In this document: positions 39,068 through 52,599 of the stretch, piece by piece
Position numbering within the stretch: the stretch's first letter is position 1
Layout: each line of letters begins with the position of its first letter
Assembly: GCA_964016885.1 (NCBI GenBank)
Contig: OZ024748.1
Coordinates: forward strand, 52,266,001 to 52,330,000
Reading direction: 5' to 3'
DNA: 64,000 bases
From: Eledone cirrhosa
Lineage: Eukaryota
Program-made: the position numbers and the translations under genes
The notes under the pieces: generated by a model
The model's database searches: none
Seen by the model: the letters and a program-made list of their open reading frames with translations, nothing else
What the model was told of the DNA's origin: nothing

Positions 39068-41181
39068 AAAGAAATATGACAAATAACCACCCAGTTACTA
39101 AATTAAATAAAGAATGGATTAGTTATCATCATTATTATCATTTAAGATATTTTCTCTGCTAGCAAGGGTTGGATGGGTCAATTTAGACCAAGTCAGTACT
39201 GAAGAGAAGCTACTGACCAACCAGATAGGTCAATGGGTCTGTATCTTGCTTCTGTGCACTCATACATTTTATCTAACTAATAATAAAACATAAGCAAAAC
39301 TCAACTGGTGATTGTGCTTTTATAGGCAGCATGACCCCCACCCCAACCCAACATATTACAAATTCTATATATTTTGAAGAGAAACATATATATAAACATA
39401 TAAAGTAAAAGTCTCTCCACTGGTTTCAATGATGAGTATTCAATAATTGAATCAATTGGATTTCCCATTCATTGAAAAATGATGATTCTGCCAGGAATTG
39501 TCATCGGTAGATAGCATCACCAATGGAAGATAGCATCACCAATGGTAGATAGCATCAGCAATGGAAATACCAATTGAGACATTGTTTTCTTGGTCAGATT
39601 TGATGAGTTCCACCCTTCTCAGTAAGTTAATGAGGTCTGAGATCTTTGTCAATTGAACTCTACACTATGAAAAATAGTCTAACAGGTGAGTATTCCACAG
39701 ACATTTATACCTCAAATGTAATCTTCAGTTGAAACAATTTGTGGCAAGGATGAACCTTGGAATTACAGGTAGATTTCCTTCCAGCTGTTAGGTTTCCAAA
39801 CCACTTCTGTCTGCTGAGTTTCACTGAAAAGTATTAGGTCAACATGAGACTATGGTGAAAGGTCTTAATCAGGATGCCATGTGGTTGAGAAATGAGCATC
39901 TTCACTATTCAGACATGCTGAATTCATTTCACACACTCACACACACCCACACACATACACATACATTATGGGTAGATTCTCAATGGGTGTCAGGAGTTAA
40001 TTACAATTAAAAAAGGTACTCAATACGTTGGTAGTGTCATCTGAAAAATCTATCGTAAGGAGACTAAATAATGATACTGACCAATTTTATGTGACTTTCA
40101 TGATGATTTCATACAAATGAAACAGTTATAGTCCTGTAGAAGTCACTTATATATGGCATAGACATTAAATACAATAGGACAATAAACACAGATAGTTAAA
40201 TTTTCTCCCTTGTTGAAAATCCGGGATTTGACTACTGTGAATTACCGATTGATGGTGAAATATATTTCTTTAATGAAATATATACAAGGAAGATTAATCA
40301 TTTTAAAAGGTATCTGAAGTTCTAGTTAAACTTTAATTAGTTACCTACCTAGCTATGTGTGCTTACACACTTTACAAATTATTCCCTGTGATTGTTTCAT
40401 ATGTTTATTTTAGATATATATATATATATGTCAATCAATTTCTAGTTGATATAAAATGCTCGCTTCTATTCATTGGAATCTTTGAGCATATTCTACAGTG
40501 GATATGGTGCATGTCTCTCGGACATGACACCCTTAATTTAATTTTGGATATATATATATATCCAAAATTAAATTATATATATATGTGTGTGTGTGTGTGT
40601 GTAATAAAAGTAACAAAGTATGCATTTGTGTTGAGAACTTATATATATTGTAATGTTTTTAATATCATACAAAATATTTTGTCATCTAGGTATATATTTG
40701 TTTATTGATAGGTTTCACCAGTTTTTGTTGTTGAGCGGCAGGCTTTACAATTTATTCATTATTTATTTATTTATATATAACATCATTTTAATCATCCTCT
40801 GTCATACGGCTTAACTGTTTTGATCTTTACCTCTTTTTAATAATATTTAGTTCGTCTCTCCAATGTCTTTATTTTATTCAAGTTTTTTCTTACCCTTTGT
40901 CTCTCTCAACTCAAGTGGCCTTCCTAACATGAACACTACAACTGACTTTAGATGTTAATATTACTTTTTCTCTTGTTTTTCATTCTTTAACCAATAAACA
41001 TTGGGTTTGATTTATGGTTATTATGCATGAATAATAAATATATACTTGTATGTATATATATATATATATATATACATACATGTATTTATATATATATATG
41101 TATGTATACATACATGTATTTATATGTATATATTTATTTATATATATATATATATACATAGCATGGGTTTGACAATATATA

Positions 41182-41231
<50 letters not shown>

Positions 41232-41859
41232 TGTATAGTGTTATAAATGGTATATATATACGAGTGTAAACAAGCATAAAAAAGAAAGAATATATTAGAC
41301 ACAATAAGCTGGGTGGTATACATATAATTCATTGGAAGCTGGAACTTCAGAAATCATTACTCCGAGTTTCTTATTTTGAATATTGAGAAATGATGGAAAA
41401 GATTACGAATGTATGCAGAAAGTCTTTAAATAGACTGGCTTAAACTGATTGGTTGACAGATTCTAAGGAGAAATATAAATATCATTTTTATTTTGCAATA
41501 TAATTGTTAAGAATCTACAAAAATATAGAATAATAATAATACAATAGTGAACAAAAATATATTATGAAAATGAAAATAAATATGTAAAATTGATTGATAT
41601 ATGTAAAAAAAATTTTTTTTTTTATATATATATACCAAAAAAATCATTAATTTGCCTATGTTCAAGAGACGGTTCATTGAAATGACTTGTCAATCAAGTG
41701 ATAAAATATTAATATTTATAAAAATGATTTAAAACAAAATATTTTCAGTTACACATAAATTCATTATTTGGTTAGTAATATAAAAATTCCTCAGAAAGAA
41801 TTTTACAAAATGCCTGCACTAATTATCAAATTCAGACTTTTTGTGATGGTGACATGGTA

Positions 41860-42382
41860 AAAAGCATCCATCCCACACTGTAAAATGGTCATGTAGGTGC
41901 CACGACAAAAAACACCCAGTCCACATTGTAAAGTGGTCATGTATGTCTCATGACAAAAGGCACTCAGCCCACACTATAAAGTGGTTGTGTAGGTGTCATG
42001 ACAAAAAACACCCAGTCCACACTGTAAAGTAGTCATGTAGGTGTCATGACAAAAAGCACTCAGCCCACACTATAAAGTGGTCATGTAGGTGCCACGACAA
42101 AAAACATCCATTCCACACTGTAAAGTGGTCGTGTAGGTGTCACAACAAAAGCACATAGTCCTCACTGTAAAGTGGTTGTGTAAGTGTCAAGACAAAAATC
42201 ACCCAGTACTCACTGTAAACGAGGTTGGCATTAGGAAGGGCATCCATCTGTAGAAACCAAGCCACAATCAGTTCTGTATGAGCAAGACATGGTCACCTGA
42301 CCTAACATTGCCCACAACAGGACAACTCGTCTAACCCATGCTAGTGTGGAAAAATGGACGTAAAACAGTGATAATGATGATG
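41860..42382 (+). repeat. 48-bp tandem array (~8 units) followed by a SINE/RTE tail
   Basis: Unit acaaaaaacacccagtccacactgtaaagtggtcatgtaggtgtcatg. Confidence 0.9.
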
Positions 42383-42435
42383 TTCAAACCATGATCACTT
42401 CAATAAAAAGTTGTGATTCAGATTCAGAAAGTGAT

Positions 42436-42735
42436 TCATCATCATCATCGTCCTTTTACATCTGCTTTTCCCTGCTTGCAAGAGTGGGAGGGGAACTGGT
42501 TCTGGCTTGATTTCTACAGCTGGATGCCCTTCCTAACACCAACCTCATTTACAGTGTAGGCTGGGTGCTTTTTTGCTGTGGCACCTCCACGACCACTTTG
42601 CAGTGGAATGATAGGGACCCCAGTCCTATCATCTCATTTCTACAGCTGAGTAAACTGGAGCAATGTGAAATAAAGTGTCTTGCTCAAGGAAACAACACAT
42701 CACCCCGTCTGAAAATTGAACTCATAACCTTTCGA
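42436..42735 (-). mobile_element. SINE family F (head truncated)
   Basis: Reverse complement of 58372-58712. Confidence 0.85.
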
Positions 42736-43631
42736 AAATATTGTTTGGTGTGTATCTGCCATTACGTTAAGCATCTTCCCATCAACAGCATTAACTACAA
42801 TTTATGACTGTTGCCCCAAACACTACAACCACACTACCCTTTAGAACAATCATGATGGTAATGGTGGTGGTGGTGGTGGTGGTAGTGAGGTGGCGGTGGG
42901 GATAGTGGTGGTGATAGTGGTGGGGATGGTGGTGATGCTGGTGGTAGTGGTGGTGATTGTAGTGGTAATGATGGTGGTGATGGTGGTGATGGTAACGATT
43001 GTAGTTGTGGTGATGGTGGGTGTGATGGTGGTGGTGTGGTTGTTGGTGGTGATGATAGTAGTAGCAGCAGCAGTAGCAGTAGTAGTGGTTGAAGTAGAAA
43101 TACTTATGTTGATAATGTCAGCAATGGCGATATTATTAGTAATATTAGTTGTAATTGTGAGGTTGTGAGTTCGATTCTCAGACCAGGTGATACATTGAGC
43201 AAGACACTTTATTTCACATTGTGCTCTCTACCAGGAGTTGTGACCAATAGATAATATTAGTAATGGAAAGACTAATGGAAACATTGTTTCTTTGGTCTAA
43301 TTTGATAAATTTTACTCCACTTGGTAATCAAATGAGATCTGGGATCTTGTCAATTATTTTGAGTAATTATTTTATCCAGAAGTGGGCCTATTGCTGAGGT
43401 GGGGAGGGTTCATTGAATGTCACTACCCCCAACGTTTCAATGGTGGACCTCTAGGAGTTCCCTCCAGGAATGTTCTCAAGTGTTCATTCATGAAGATCCT
43501 ATACCTTCTCTAGTAATTATCAGATCTTTCAATATGGTTAAACTCTGCTCTCCTGTTTAGGTCACATCATAGTAAATCATATCGGAAGTTGTTAACAATA
43601 AGATTTATTACCCACAATGTTTAAAATTTAA

Positions 43632-43838
43632 CCCTTTAATGTTCAAACCGGCCAAAACCGGCCAGAATTCTCTACCTCTTTCTGTTGAAACTGGCTGTAA
43701 CCGGCTGCTCAAACTGATGTTAAGGTATTGTTCTCAAAATAAATACTTTCAAAATCTCATAGATTCGATATTATGTAAGGTAAAGCCTTTACCATGAAAA
43801 TATAATAGTATATATAGAGTAATGTGAATGCTGAAGGG
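43632..43838. mobile_element. piggyBac-type MITE family A
   Basis: TTAA|cccttt...gaaggg|TTAA. Confidence 0.8.
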
Positions 43839-43846
43839 TTAACATC

Positions 43847-44128
43847 TAAAGTCTGTCTCGAGCCTGGAGGGTCATCAGCCTAGTGCTTACCCTGGTTTCT
43901 GTGGTCTGAGGTCATTGAGAGAACAAGACTTCTTCCTGGACATGGCACCAGTCCATCACAGGGTTAAACCCCCAGCTATTGCTGGTATTCATTTTCATCT
44001 GAATATACTGGAGAAATGTGAAATAAAATGTTTTGCTCAAGAACACAACACACAACCCAGTCCAGGAGTTGAAGCCATGACATTATGATTGTATGTCCAA
44101 CACCCTTACCACTAGGTTATGCACCTCC
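43847..44128 (-). mobile_element. SINE family G
   Basis: tRNA-like head on the minus strand; homologous to 5798. Confidence 0.75.
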
Positions 44129-44279
44129 ACGAAAAATTGAGCATATTGTTACCATATTTCTTATGAAAGGTAATGCCTATTTTGTTATTTGATGAATATA
44201 AAATCTGTATATGTATCACATGTTTATTATCTATACTATACTCTCAAATCTATTTAACCCTTTCACGATCATCTAATAT

Positions 44280-44471
44280 ATAATTGTTTCTACTATAGGC
44301 ACAAGTCCAGCAATTACCCAGTACATTACTGGTACTATATTTTATCAACCCCGTAAGGATGAAAGGCAAAATTAACCTCGGCGGGATTTGAACTCAGAAT
44401 GGCAAGGGCCATAACTCTATGCATCAAAGCATGGCGTCCGACCCTCTACCTATACTGCCAATTCACCGCCC
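44280..44471 (-). mobile_element. SINE family C, full length
   Basis: Minus strand starts gggcggtgaattggcag; B box gagttcaaatccc. Confidence 0.85.
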
Positions 44472-46167
44472 TCATATCATCTAATATATAATGATTGGAG
44501 GACTGTGAGACTGTGTCAGGGATATTTTTTCTGAACAAGCTATTAAAATAAGTTGGATTACTTTGAATAAATCATGAATGAATGTTTTGTAATTTATCTA
44601 TTAAATTTCGTAGCTGTTGATTAAACATAAATATTCTTATATATTGCTTATTTACTTCTTTAAAAATGTACTTCTTTAAAAATTTTCAAATGCCGATATT
44701 TCCAGTTAGAATCCGTTATATCTTAACACTTCGCTGTATGCTATATCACATCGCTTATATAAACATTCATATATTTGCATCAGTATATAACATTTATATT
44801 TCTGTCACTAATTTTCTCCTTTTTCATTTTCTTAACATTTTGCCATAATGCAGATTATATATCATATCAACTTTTTTTTAATGTATCATGGATTACTTTA
44901 CTGATTACAGAAAAGAGGGAAACACAGTCTCTTTTCTGTGCATATTGTCAATTACAAATTTATTTGATGTATCATATCTACATGCATGTATATCTATGTA
45001 TAATATCAGTATACACACTACACATGCTAGCAGAAAAACCACCAAAAGGGTGGTTTTTCTGCTAGCATTTCTAATGAAAGTAACTACCTGTGATTTTCAA
45101 ATACTTTTCAGCAATCATAAGAAATTTTTAAAGGATTTCGTCAAATAACTAACTTTCTCATTGTTAAACTGGTGTTTAGAGCATATCTGAACACAAATTC
45201 TTACTTAAAACTATGGTGGAAGTATTTCTAGATAAGTATAAATATATAAATATATAAATAGAAATATAATTATAAATATAAATGCTGCCACATATATACA
45301 CATGATGCTGCCCCACAGTCTTATCTGAAAGGTCAGTAGAAACAAGTCAATCAGCTCTTGCTAGATTGGAGAATGCATATTAAATGATGATGATGATGAC
45401 TTTAAAATAAAGTTTTGCACCATAGAACCAGAGTGATTTGGAATCAAATGGGTTAATTAATATTTAATTAATGTAATTTCTAGGGTTGTCTTCCCACATT
45501 TTCTTGATCAGAATCAGTCATAAAGATAATGATATTTTAATTAAAATTTCTTGGCTCATTAAGTCAAGTATGATTGCATGCTGTCTCCTCAGCCCCACAC
45601 ACAAATTTGTTTTCTTATAACCCTAATCTAATATCTTGAAATCAGTATATTCTTATTGACATCTGAAAATTAACAACTTCAAGATGGCACCTTGACAATT
45701 ATTCTCCCCATGGATATTAATACTTATTGACGAAATCACAGAAAGGACCTGGTTGAGTACAAGATAACATCATTGTACAATAGCAGAGGATGGTTGGCCA
45801 TATGCTACTCATGTCCAAGAAGAGACCAGTGAAGGCCTCCCTCAAATAGAACCTAGAAGGTGTGCATAGGAAGCAAGGCCAACATTTCAAGACATGACTG
45901 AGATACTGTGGAGGTAAACCTGACAGACGTAGGAAGCAGGAGCAGGGCTGTGGCACATCTTGTAATCATTGTTTATACTTTTGGCGCAAGGCCAGCAATT
46001 TGAAGAAAGGTTAAAGTCAATTAAATCGACCCTAGTGCATTACTGATACTATATTTTATCGACCCTGCAAGGTTGAAAGACAAAGCTAAACTCAGCAGGA
46101 TTTGAACTCAAATATGTCTTGCAATAATGCAGAGCAAAAGAAACTAAAGAAGACATTCCTAAATATA

Positions 46168-46500
46168 AGTTCTTCTTTGCCCACTTATTACTAAGAGGGC
46201 AGAATTTTTGAAATACTCCTACCAGTAGGTCCTGTCAGAAGCAACCATCTCCAACTGATCAAGCTAGATCCCCAATCATGATCAGCCAAGCTCATGGATG
46301 TTATCCAACCATCTTACTTGGGGTTTACCCCTGGGTCTCCTGCCTGTTGGTTTTTGCCTGTAAAATCTGTCCAGCTATTCTTTCCTGAGACATTCTAACC
46401 ACATGCCCATAGTACCGGAGCTGTGATCTCTCTCAATTCGGAGAGGTAGCAGCTCTACTTGGAGTGACTCACTCATCTCCGAGCTACACATTCTATCGAG
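46168..46500 (-). mobile_element. RTE-type LINE 3' fragment
   Basis: SQLRYYGHVVRMSQERIA..GRRPRGKP..WLDNIHEL..ASDRTYW (with frameshifts). Confidence 0.75.
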
Positions 46501-46549
46501 TCACCAAATATAAGTTGATATTTCAAAAAAAAAAATAATTGTTCTTTAA

Positions 46550-46770
46550 CCTTTTGACATTTACATTACTCTATATTTACTATTGTATTTTCATGGTAAA
46601 TGATTTACCTCACATAATTATCTCTCATAATATCTTACCTATGAGATTTTTATATTATTTACTTTGAGAACAATATCTTAACATCAGTATGAGTGGCCAG
46701 TTACAGCCGATTTGAACAGAAAGAGGTGAGATATTTCTGGCTGAATATGGCTGGTTTAAATGCTAAAGGG
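46550..46770. mobile_element. piggyBac-type MITE family A
   Basis: TTAA at 46546-49 and 46771-74; gctaaaggg end. Confidence 0.8.
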
Positions 46771-47481
46771 TTAATAAAAGAAATGTCACCTTGTATTGAA
46801 AATTTAATGAAACTTCTTATATACTCTTTTACTCTTTTACCTGTTTCAGCCATCCGGCTGAGGCCATGCTGGGGCACCGCCCTTGTAATGATATAAATGA
46901 AAGAGTCCTGCACATTTTTGGAGAGGATGGATGGAGATAATTTTCCATTTATCTAAATCACCTTATATTCTAGCATTTAAGTGTATGTGTGTGTGAGCAT
47001 GTGTGTGAGTGTGTGTGTGATGTGTGTGTGGGGGGGGGGGAGCATGTGTGTGTTGATATTATTATACCAATATTTCACACTAATATAAGAAAATTTACAT
47101 GTGAAACTAACTTGTGGAATAATATGAGTCTCCCAGTAACATCTCCCTACTTATAGTGAAATAGCTCCTAGACTATTACCATTCCTACTTCTTTAACACC
47201 CTTAACTGACACTTAAACACAAATCTTATTAAACAGTAAGAATACCCAACACCTCTCCACTGAAATAACAGTTGGCTCTACTTTAACACCTCTATAACTA
47301 ATATATGTATAACAGCTTAAACTCCCTTAAACCAACATAACTGCAATAATGAATAGGAACACCCTTACATAAATAGTGTTGAATTAATACACAATTTAGA
47401 CTAGTGTGGCACTAAACGTTCTTTTAACATATATGTATGGACTACATCTCTAAATGTAACATTAAATGCAGATCTGTTAAC

Positions 47482-48212
47482 AGAAAAAGTGCCCAGTCCA
47501 CTCTGTAAAGTGGTCGTGATAAAAAGCATCCAGTCCACTCAGTAAGGCACATGGCTTAGTGGTTAGAGCATTGGTCTTGCAATCAAAAGGTTGTGTGATG
47601 TGTTGTTTCCTTGAGCAAGACACTTTATTTCACGTTTACTCAGCTGCAGAAATGAGATGATAGGACTGGGGTCCCTATCATTAAATTACCCAAGAGACCT
47701 CCAACGAGATATACCTTGGAGGGGGCCAGCTAAATCTGCAAAGGTAGGAGCTGTCACACACACACAGTCCACTCAGTAAAAGTGTTCATTTTGGTGACAT
47801 GACAAAAAGCATCCCGTCTACACTGTGAATTGGTTGTTGTGGCAACATGACAAAAAGCACCCAGTCTACAATGTAAAGTGGTTATGTTGTCACAACATAA
47901 AGTGTCCAGTCCACACTGTAAGGAGTCATTCTGATGCCACAGCAAAAAGCCCCCATTTCACATTGTAAAATGGTTGTTTTTGTATCATGACAAAAAATGC
48001 TCAGTTCACACTATAAAGTGATCGTTCTGGTGCCATGATAAAAAGCACCCATACCTCACTGTCAATGTGATTGGCAACCAGCCATAGAAACAAAGCCAGA
48101 AACAGTTCTATATGAGCAAGACACTGTCATCTGATCTCACTTGTCTCACAATGCGACAACTCGTCCAACCCATGCTGACATGGAAGAATGGATATTAAAC
48201 TATGATGATGAT
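47482..48212 (+). repeat. Diverged 48-bp module array with a SINE F head inserted (47525-47680) and an RTE-type tail
   Basis: Repeated 'aaaaagcacccagtccacactgtaaagtgg' variants. Confidence 0.75.
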
Positions 48213-50274
48213 GTATGCACTTCATCTCCAAATACTAATATTTGTTAACATACATCATCATCATCGTTTAACATCCATCTTCCATGCTAACATGAGTTGG
48301 ACGAGTTTGTCCCACTTGAGGATAGACTGGTTGGATGACCATGTCTTGCTTGTACAGAACTGTTTCAGGCAAGTTTTCTACGGCTGGATGCCCTTCCTAA
48401 CACCAACCACATTTACAGTGTGGACTGGGAGCCTTTTTACGATGTCTCCTACACGACCACTTTACAGTGTGGACTGGGTGCTTTTTGTCATGACACCTAC
48501 ACAACCACTTTACATATATATAAAGAAATCAATGGACAAAATCACAGACCTCGTTCACTTACTGGAATTGCTGAATCTATCTACTGATCACAAAACCTGG
48601 CAGAAAGAGCAACATGAAATAAAGCATAATGCATCGCCCAGTCCAAGAATCAAATTCGTAACCTCACAATTGTGAATCCAATTCTCTAACCAGTAAGCCA
48701 CAGACCTTAGTATATATGTAAGTAGTACATCTCCAAACAGAACATTGTCAGTTATTTCTCATTAAAAACAGCTATTTCTTACAAAAGATTAAAAAAAGTG
48801 TAGGTATGATAGGAGTGTAAGATTGAGTGACAATCATGCTTTCCTCAATGGCATGTCGATAGTGTTTAAATGAAATGAAATGGATCTAATGGAGAACTGA
48901 AATGAGATTGCAGATTTATTACACAGAAATCTTATTTCTAGTCTATTGCACACCTTTTCCCACTACACTTATCAAGAAAAGAACTACTAATTCTTTGTAT
49001 TTTTTTCTTACTATTTTTCTACTTTTCTCCTCCTCCAAATCATGCACATATTCACACACAAAGCTTACATACAAATCCTTCATTTCTTAAATTTATTCTA
49101 TCAGTTCTATCTTTGAGACAGAATTATTATTCTAGAGAATTCCTGACTGAAGCCACTATTACTATGGACAAATGACACCTTGGTTATTAAGTCTGTAACA
49201 TGAATTTCCTTGCAGTTCATCCTAAATCTTACTAACACCTTCAGCCGACAACTAAGATATAACTTACATGTTCACTTCTTCTAGATTTCAAAACATGACA
49301 CTAACTAGATTACACAGAATACACTCTAATCGGAAATTACAAAACAATGGTTACTATCCTTTTATATACCTATCTAACTTATCAGATGAGTAATCATATA
49401 TATATATATATATGTGTGTGTACATATACACAAAGATGGATTTATCTATATCTATTAATCAATCAATGTCTTTAATACCTACATACATACATGCACGCAT
49501 ACACATACACACATATATATATGTATATATATATATATGTCTATACACACACATACCCATATATATATATATATATATGTGCGTGTGTGTTTGTATACGT
49601 GTGAACATATATATCCATATATAGGTGAAAATGTGAGTGGATGGATGGATGGGTGAGTGCATGTGTGTGTGTGTGGTGTGTGTCTGTGTGTGTGTATGTG
49701 TGTGTGTGTGTATGCTGGTGGTGATGGAATGGAGGTGAGGAGAGAGGGGTTATATCTTTCTCCTCTTTTATTACTAATTCAACCAATACATTGCACAGTC
49801 TAATTAACTTAAAGTTCTTCTGTCACTATTTGGAATTAAGCTAAGCAAAGCTGGCTTCCCACTATATCAGACATGTCACTGGTTTGATGTACTTTAAACA
49901 AGAAAGAGCAAAGAAAATCCTTTGCAAGACTGCCTGGGTGCTGGTGATGGTGTTTATTTTCTGTTATTTGTCTAGCTTCTTTACAATGTAGAGAAAATTA
50001 TTTGGCAGTACTTGTTAATTTTCAACTTGGAAATCTCTTCTAGTCTCTCTTCTTTGTCATCTTCTTCTTCTTCTTCTTCTTCTTCTTCTTCTTCTTCTTC
50101 TTCTTCTTCTTCTTCTTCTTCTTCTTCTTCTTCCTCCTCCTCTTCACCGTTTCCTCATAAACCTCATCAACATCGAAGAAGAAGCCACAGACAAATTGTT
50201 GACTAATCCTGATCTCTAACAAGCTTCTTGATTATTATCCATTATCCATAACATGAGGAAACAACAGTAGTAGC

Positions 50275-50324
<50 letters not shown>

Positions 50325-50482
50325 CAGTAGTAGTGTTAGTAGTAGTAGTGATGGTAATAGTAAAAGTGGTAGTGATGATTGTGGTGGTAGTAATAGAAGT
50401 ATTAGTAGAAGTAGTAGTAGTGGTGTTCGTAGTTGTGGAGGTGACTCTAGTGGTGGTCCTGCTTCTGGAACTAATGGTGATG

Positions 50483-50535
<53 letters not shown>

Positions 50536-50598
50536 TCCATGAACACCACCCTCCACCAACCAATCAACCAACAATCCAACCAACCAACCACCCTTTAC

Positions 50599-50721
50599 TT
50601 CTTCAGCAAATGTATTATTATCTACCACTAGATCCACCAGTGAGAATGATTGTATCTTCCTTAAACATCTATCTCGTCCTCCGTTACAAGCAATACAGAG
50701 AATCCTTATTAAAACCATGCA
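50599..50721 (-). CDS. Possible exon (CMVLIRILCIACNGGRDRCLRKIQSFSLVDLVVDNNTFAEE)
   Basis: aaatag| acceptor, gaa|gtaaag donor, 123 nt open in phase 0; speculative. Confidence 0.2.
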
Positions 50722-51406
50722 CTATTTATAATGAAGTAAATTGATGCAGACTGTCTCAAGTCATTAGGAATTCTATGGTCAAGCAATTGTATTATGTTTG
50801 GAGTTGTATTGTTATTATCAACCTCTCAGGGCTGTTTTTATATTTGTACACCGTCTGTCATTAGTTTTATGCCGCTAACTAATTAACAACCCGTATTTTG
50901 ATTCGCCATTATAGCTTCGGCAATAACCAATTGATTAATTTTCAAATCATATATCTGATTTACAGGTATTACTTTACCAATGATCATCTAATTAAAAGCA
51001 AAATGTCAGAAGTTTGGCCATCAATAAGGTAGATTAATTAAATGTTGTCACTAGCTTTATTTTTCTTTTATTTTCCTTTTCTTCCTATCAACCGTTAGTT
51101 TAGTAATGGCTGACTAATTAATACGCAACACCTGATAAGTTTTTATTAGCTATGTTATTGTCAACTATACAATGTTAATATTTGTTTCATTGGCTTCATT
51201 TGAGCAACAGTTAACAAGGTGGATGCTACTGCATTTTATGTTATTTCTTTCTTCCAACCTAATCCTGGGTATCCTCACTCCTGTTGATGGAACCCCTCCC
51301 TGGTTGACCTCAAACGCTTTCTGTTGAGTTTTGGTCATGTCTTCAGCCATACTGACCATGCTGGACAAATTGCAGATTGGTGAGTCTATTTAACCCATAG
51401 CTGGGG

Positions 51407-51445
<39 letters not shown>

Positions 51446-51576
51446 GGAAAGTTATATTTAAAATTGTTGGGTTACAACTAGTAAATATTTATAACTGATA
51501 TAAAAGCACTCGACAAATATTTGGAGTATATTTACAATATTAAATAAATGGAAACTATATTTATAAAACCATATCT

Positions 51577-51640
51577 ATTTCATTATATATATTTCGGGGA
51601 TATCATATTAACAATATGCTATGCCTTCCTCAGACAAAAT
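51577..51640 (-). ncRNA. Hammerhead motif (left arm of palindrome)
   Basis: Exact reverse complement of 51750-51813. Confidence 0.75.
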
Positions 51641-51749
51641 ACAATATAAACAGTTTTATAGATAAATAGATTCGACATACCGTTATAAATGGAAGTCGGT
51701 GTTATAACGGTATGTCGAATCTATTTATCTATAAAACTGTTTATATTGT

Positions 51750-51813
51750 ATTTTGTCTGAGGAAGGCATAGCATATTGTTAATATGATATCCCCGAAATA
51801 TATATAATGAAAT
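51750..51813 (+). ncRNA. Hammerhead motif (right arm of palindrome)
   Basis: attttgt CTGAGGA aggcatagcatatt-gtt-aatatgatatcccc GAAA TATATA TA atgaaat. Confidence 0.75.
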
Positions 51814-51851
51814 AGATATGGTTTTATAAATATAGTTTCCATTTATTTAAT

Positions 51852-51886
<35 letters not shown>

Positions 51887-51982
51887 AGTGTAATGTGAAG
51901 TTACTGTAGGTTCACCCAACATATGAAACGTTAGACACTTACATGCCATGTATATTCATTCTGTCATTACTACAACAGAGCT

Positions 51983-52064
51983 CCGACGAGCTTTTGATTC
52001 CAGAGTTGGGCCAGATCAATACAGATCAAACCTTAAGCTGATCAATAGCAAAACGCTCGTCACC
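51983..52064 (+). ncRNA. Degenerate hammerhead motif
   Basis: CcGACGA gcttttgat..atcaatagc aAAA cgctcg TC followed by aataaa; two core substitutions. Confidence 0.4.
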
Positions 52065-52409
52065 AATCAATAAACGTAATGAAGGCTTAACAAATCGTCC
52101 TTGTATTATTATATATGTTTATATATCCAATATAATCCAGGGCCTTCTCCCTGGTTGACCTCCAATGCTTTCTGTTTGGATTTAGTCATGTCTTCAGGGG
52201 TGTAGCTGTATTCACTATGCTGGGCCAATTGTGAGATGGTGGGGGTTATTTAACCAGCTGTTGCGGAGTTCATTCACCCTTTTAATAGCTCATTTTTTGT
52301 GCTGCTGAGGTTTCACTTTCCACTAACCCTCCTCACTAGACCGACCAAGGTCTGATGGGGGAACTGGTTTACTCCTGGTTAACAAATATTATAAATTTGT
52401 GTATAAAGG

Positions 52410-52599
52410 GCGTTGGATTGGCAGTATCGGTAGAGAGTCGGACACCATGCTTTTAAGCATAGAGTTACGTCCCTTTATGATCTGAGTTCAAATCCCGCCG
52501 AGGTTAACTTTGCCTTTCATCCTTACAGGGTCGATAAAATAAAGTACCAATCATGTACTGGGTAATTGCTGGCCTTGTGCCTAAAATAGAAACAATTAT
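52410..52599 (+). mobile_element. SINE family C, full length
   Basis: A and B boxes, conserved body, tail agaaacaattat. Confidence 0.85.

Larger units (their letters stand above)
51445..51857. mobile_element. Family P1 PLE-like remnant forming a perfect 156-bp palindrome
   Basis: Arms 51533-51688 / 51702-51857, 13-nt spacer, (TA)n on both flanks. Confidence 0.85.
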
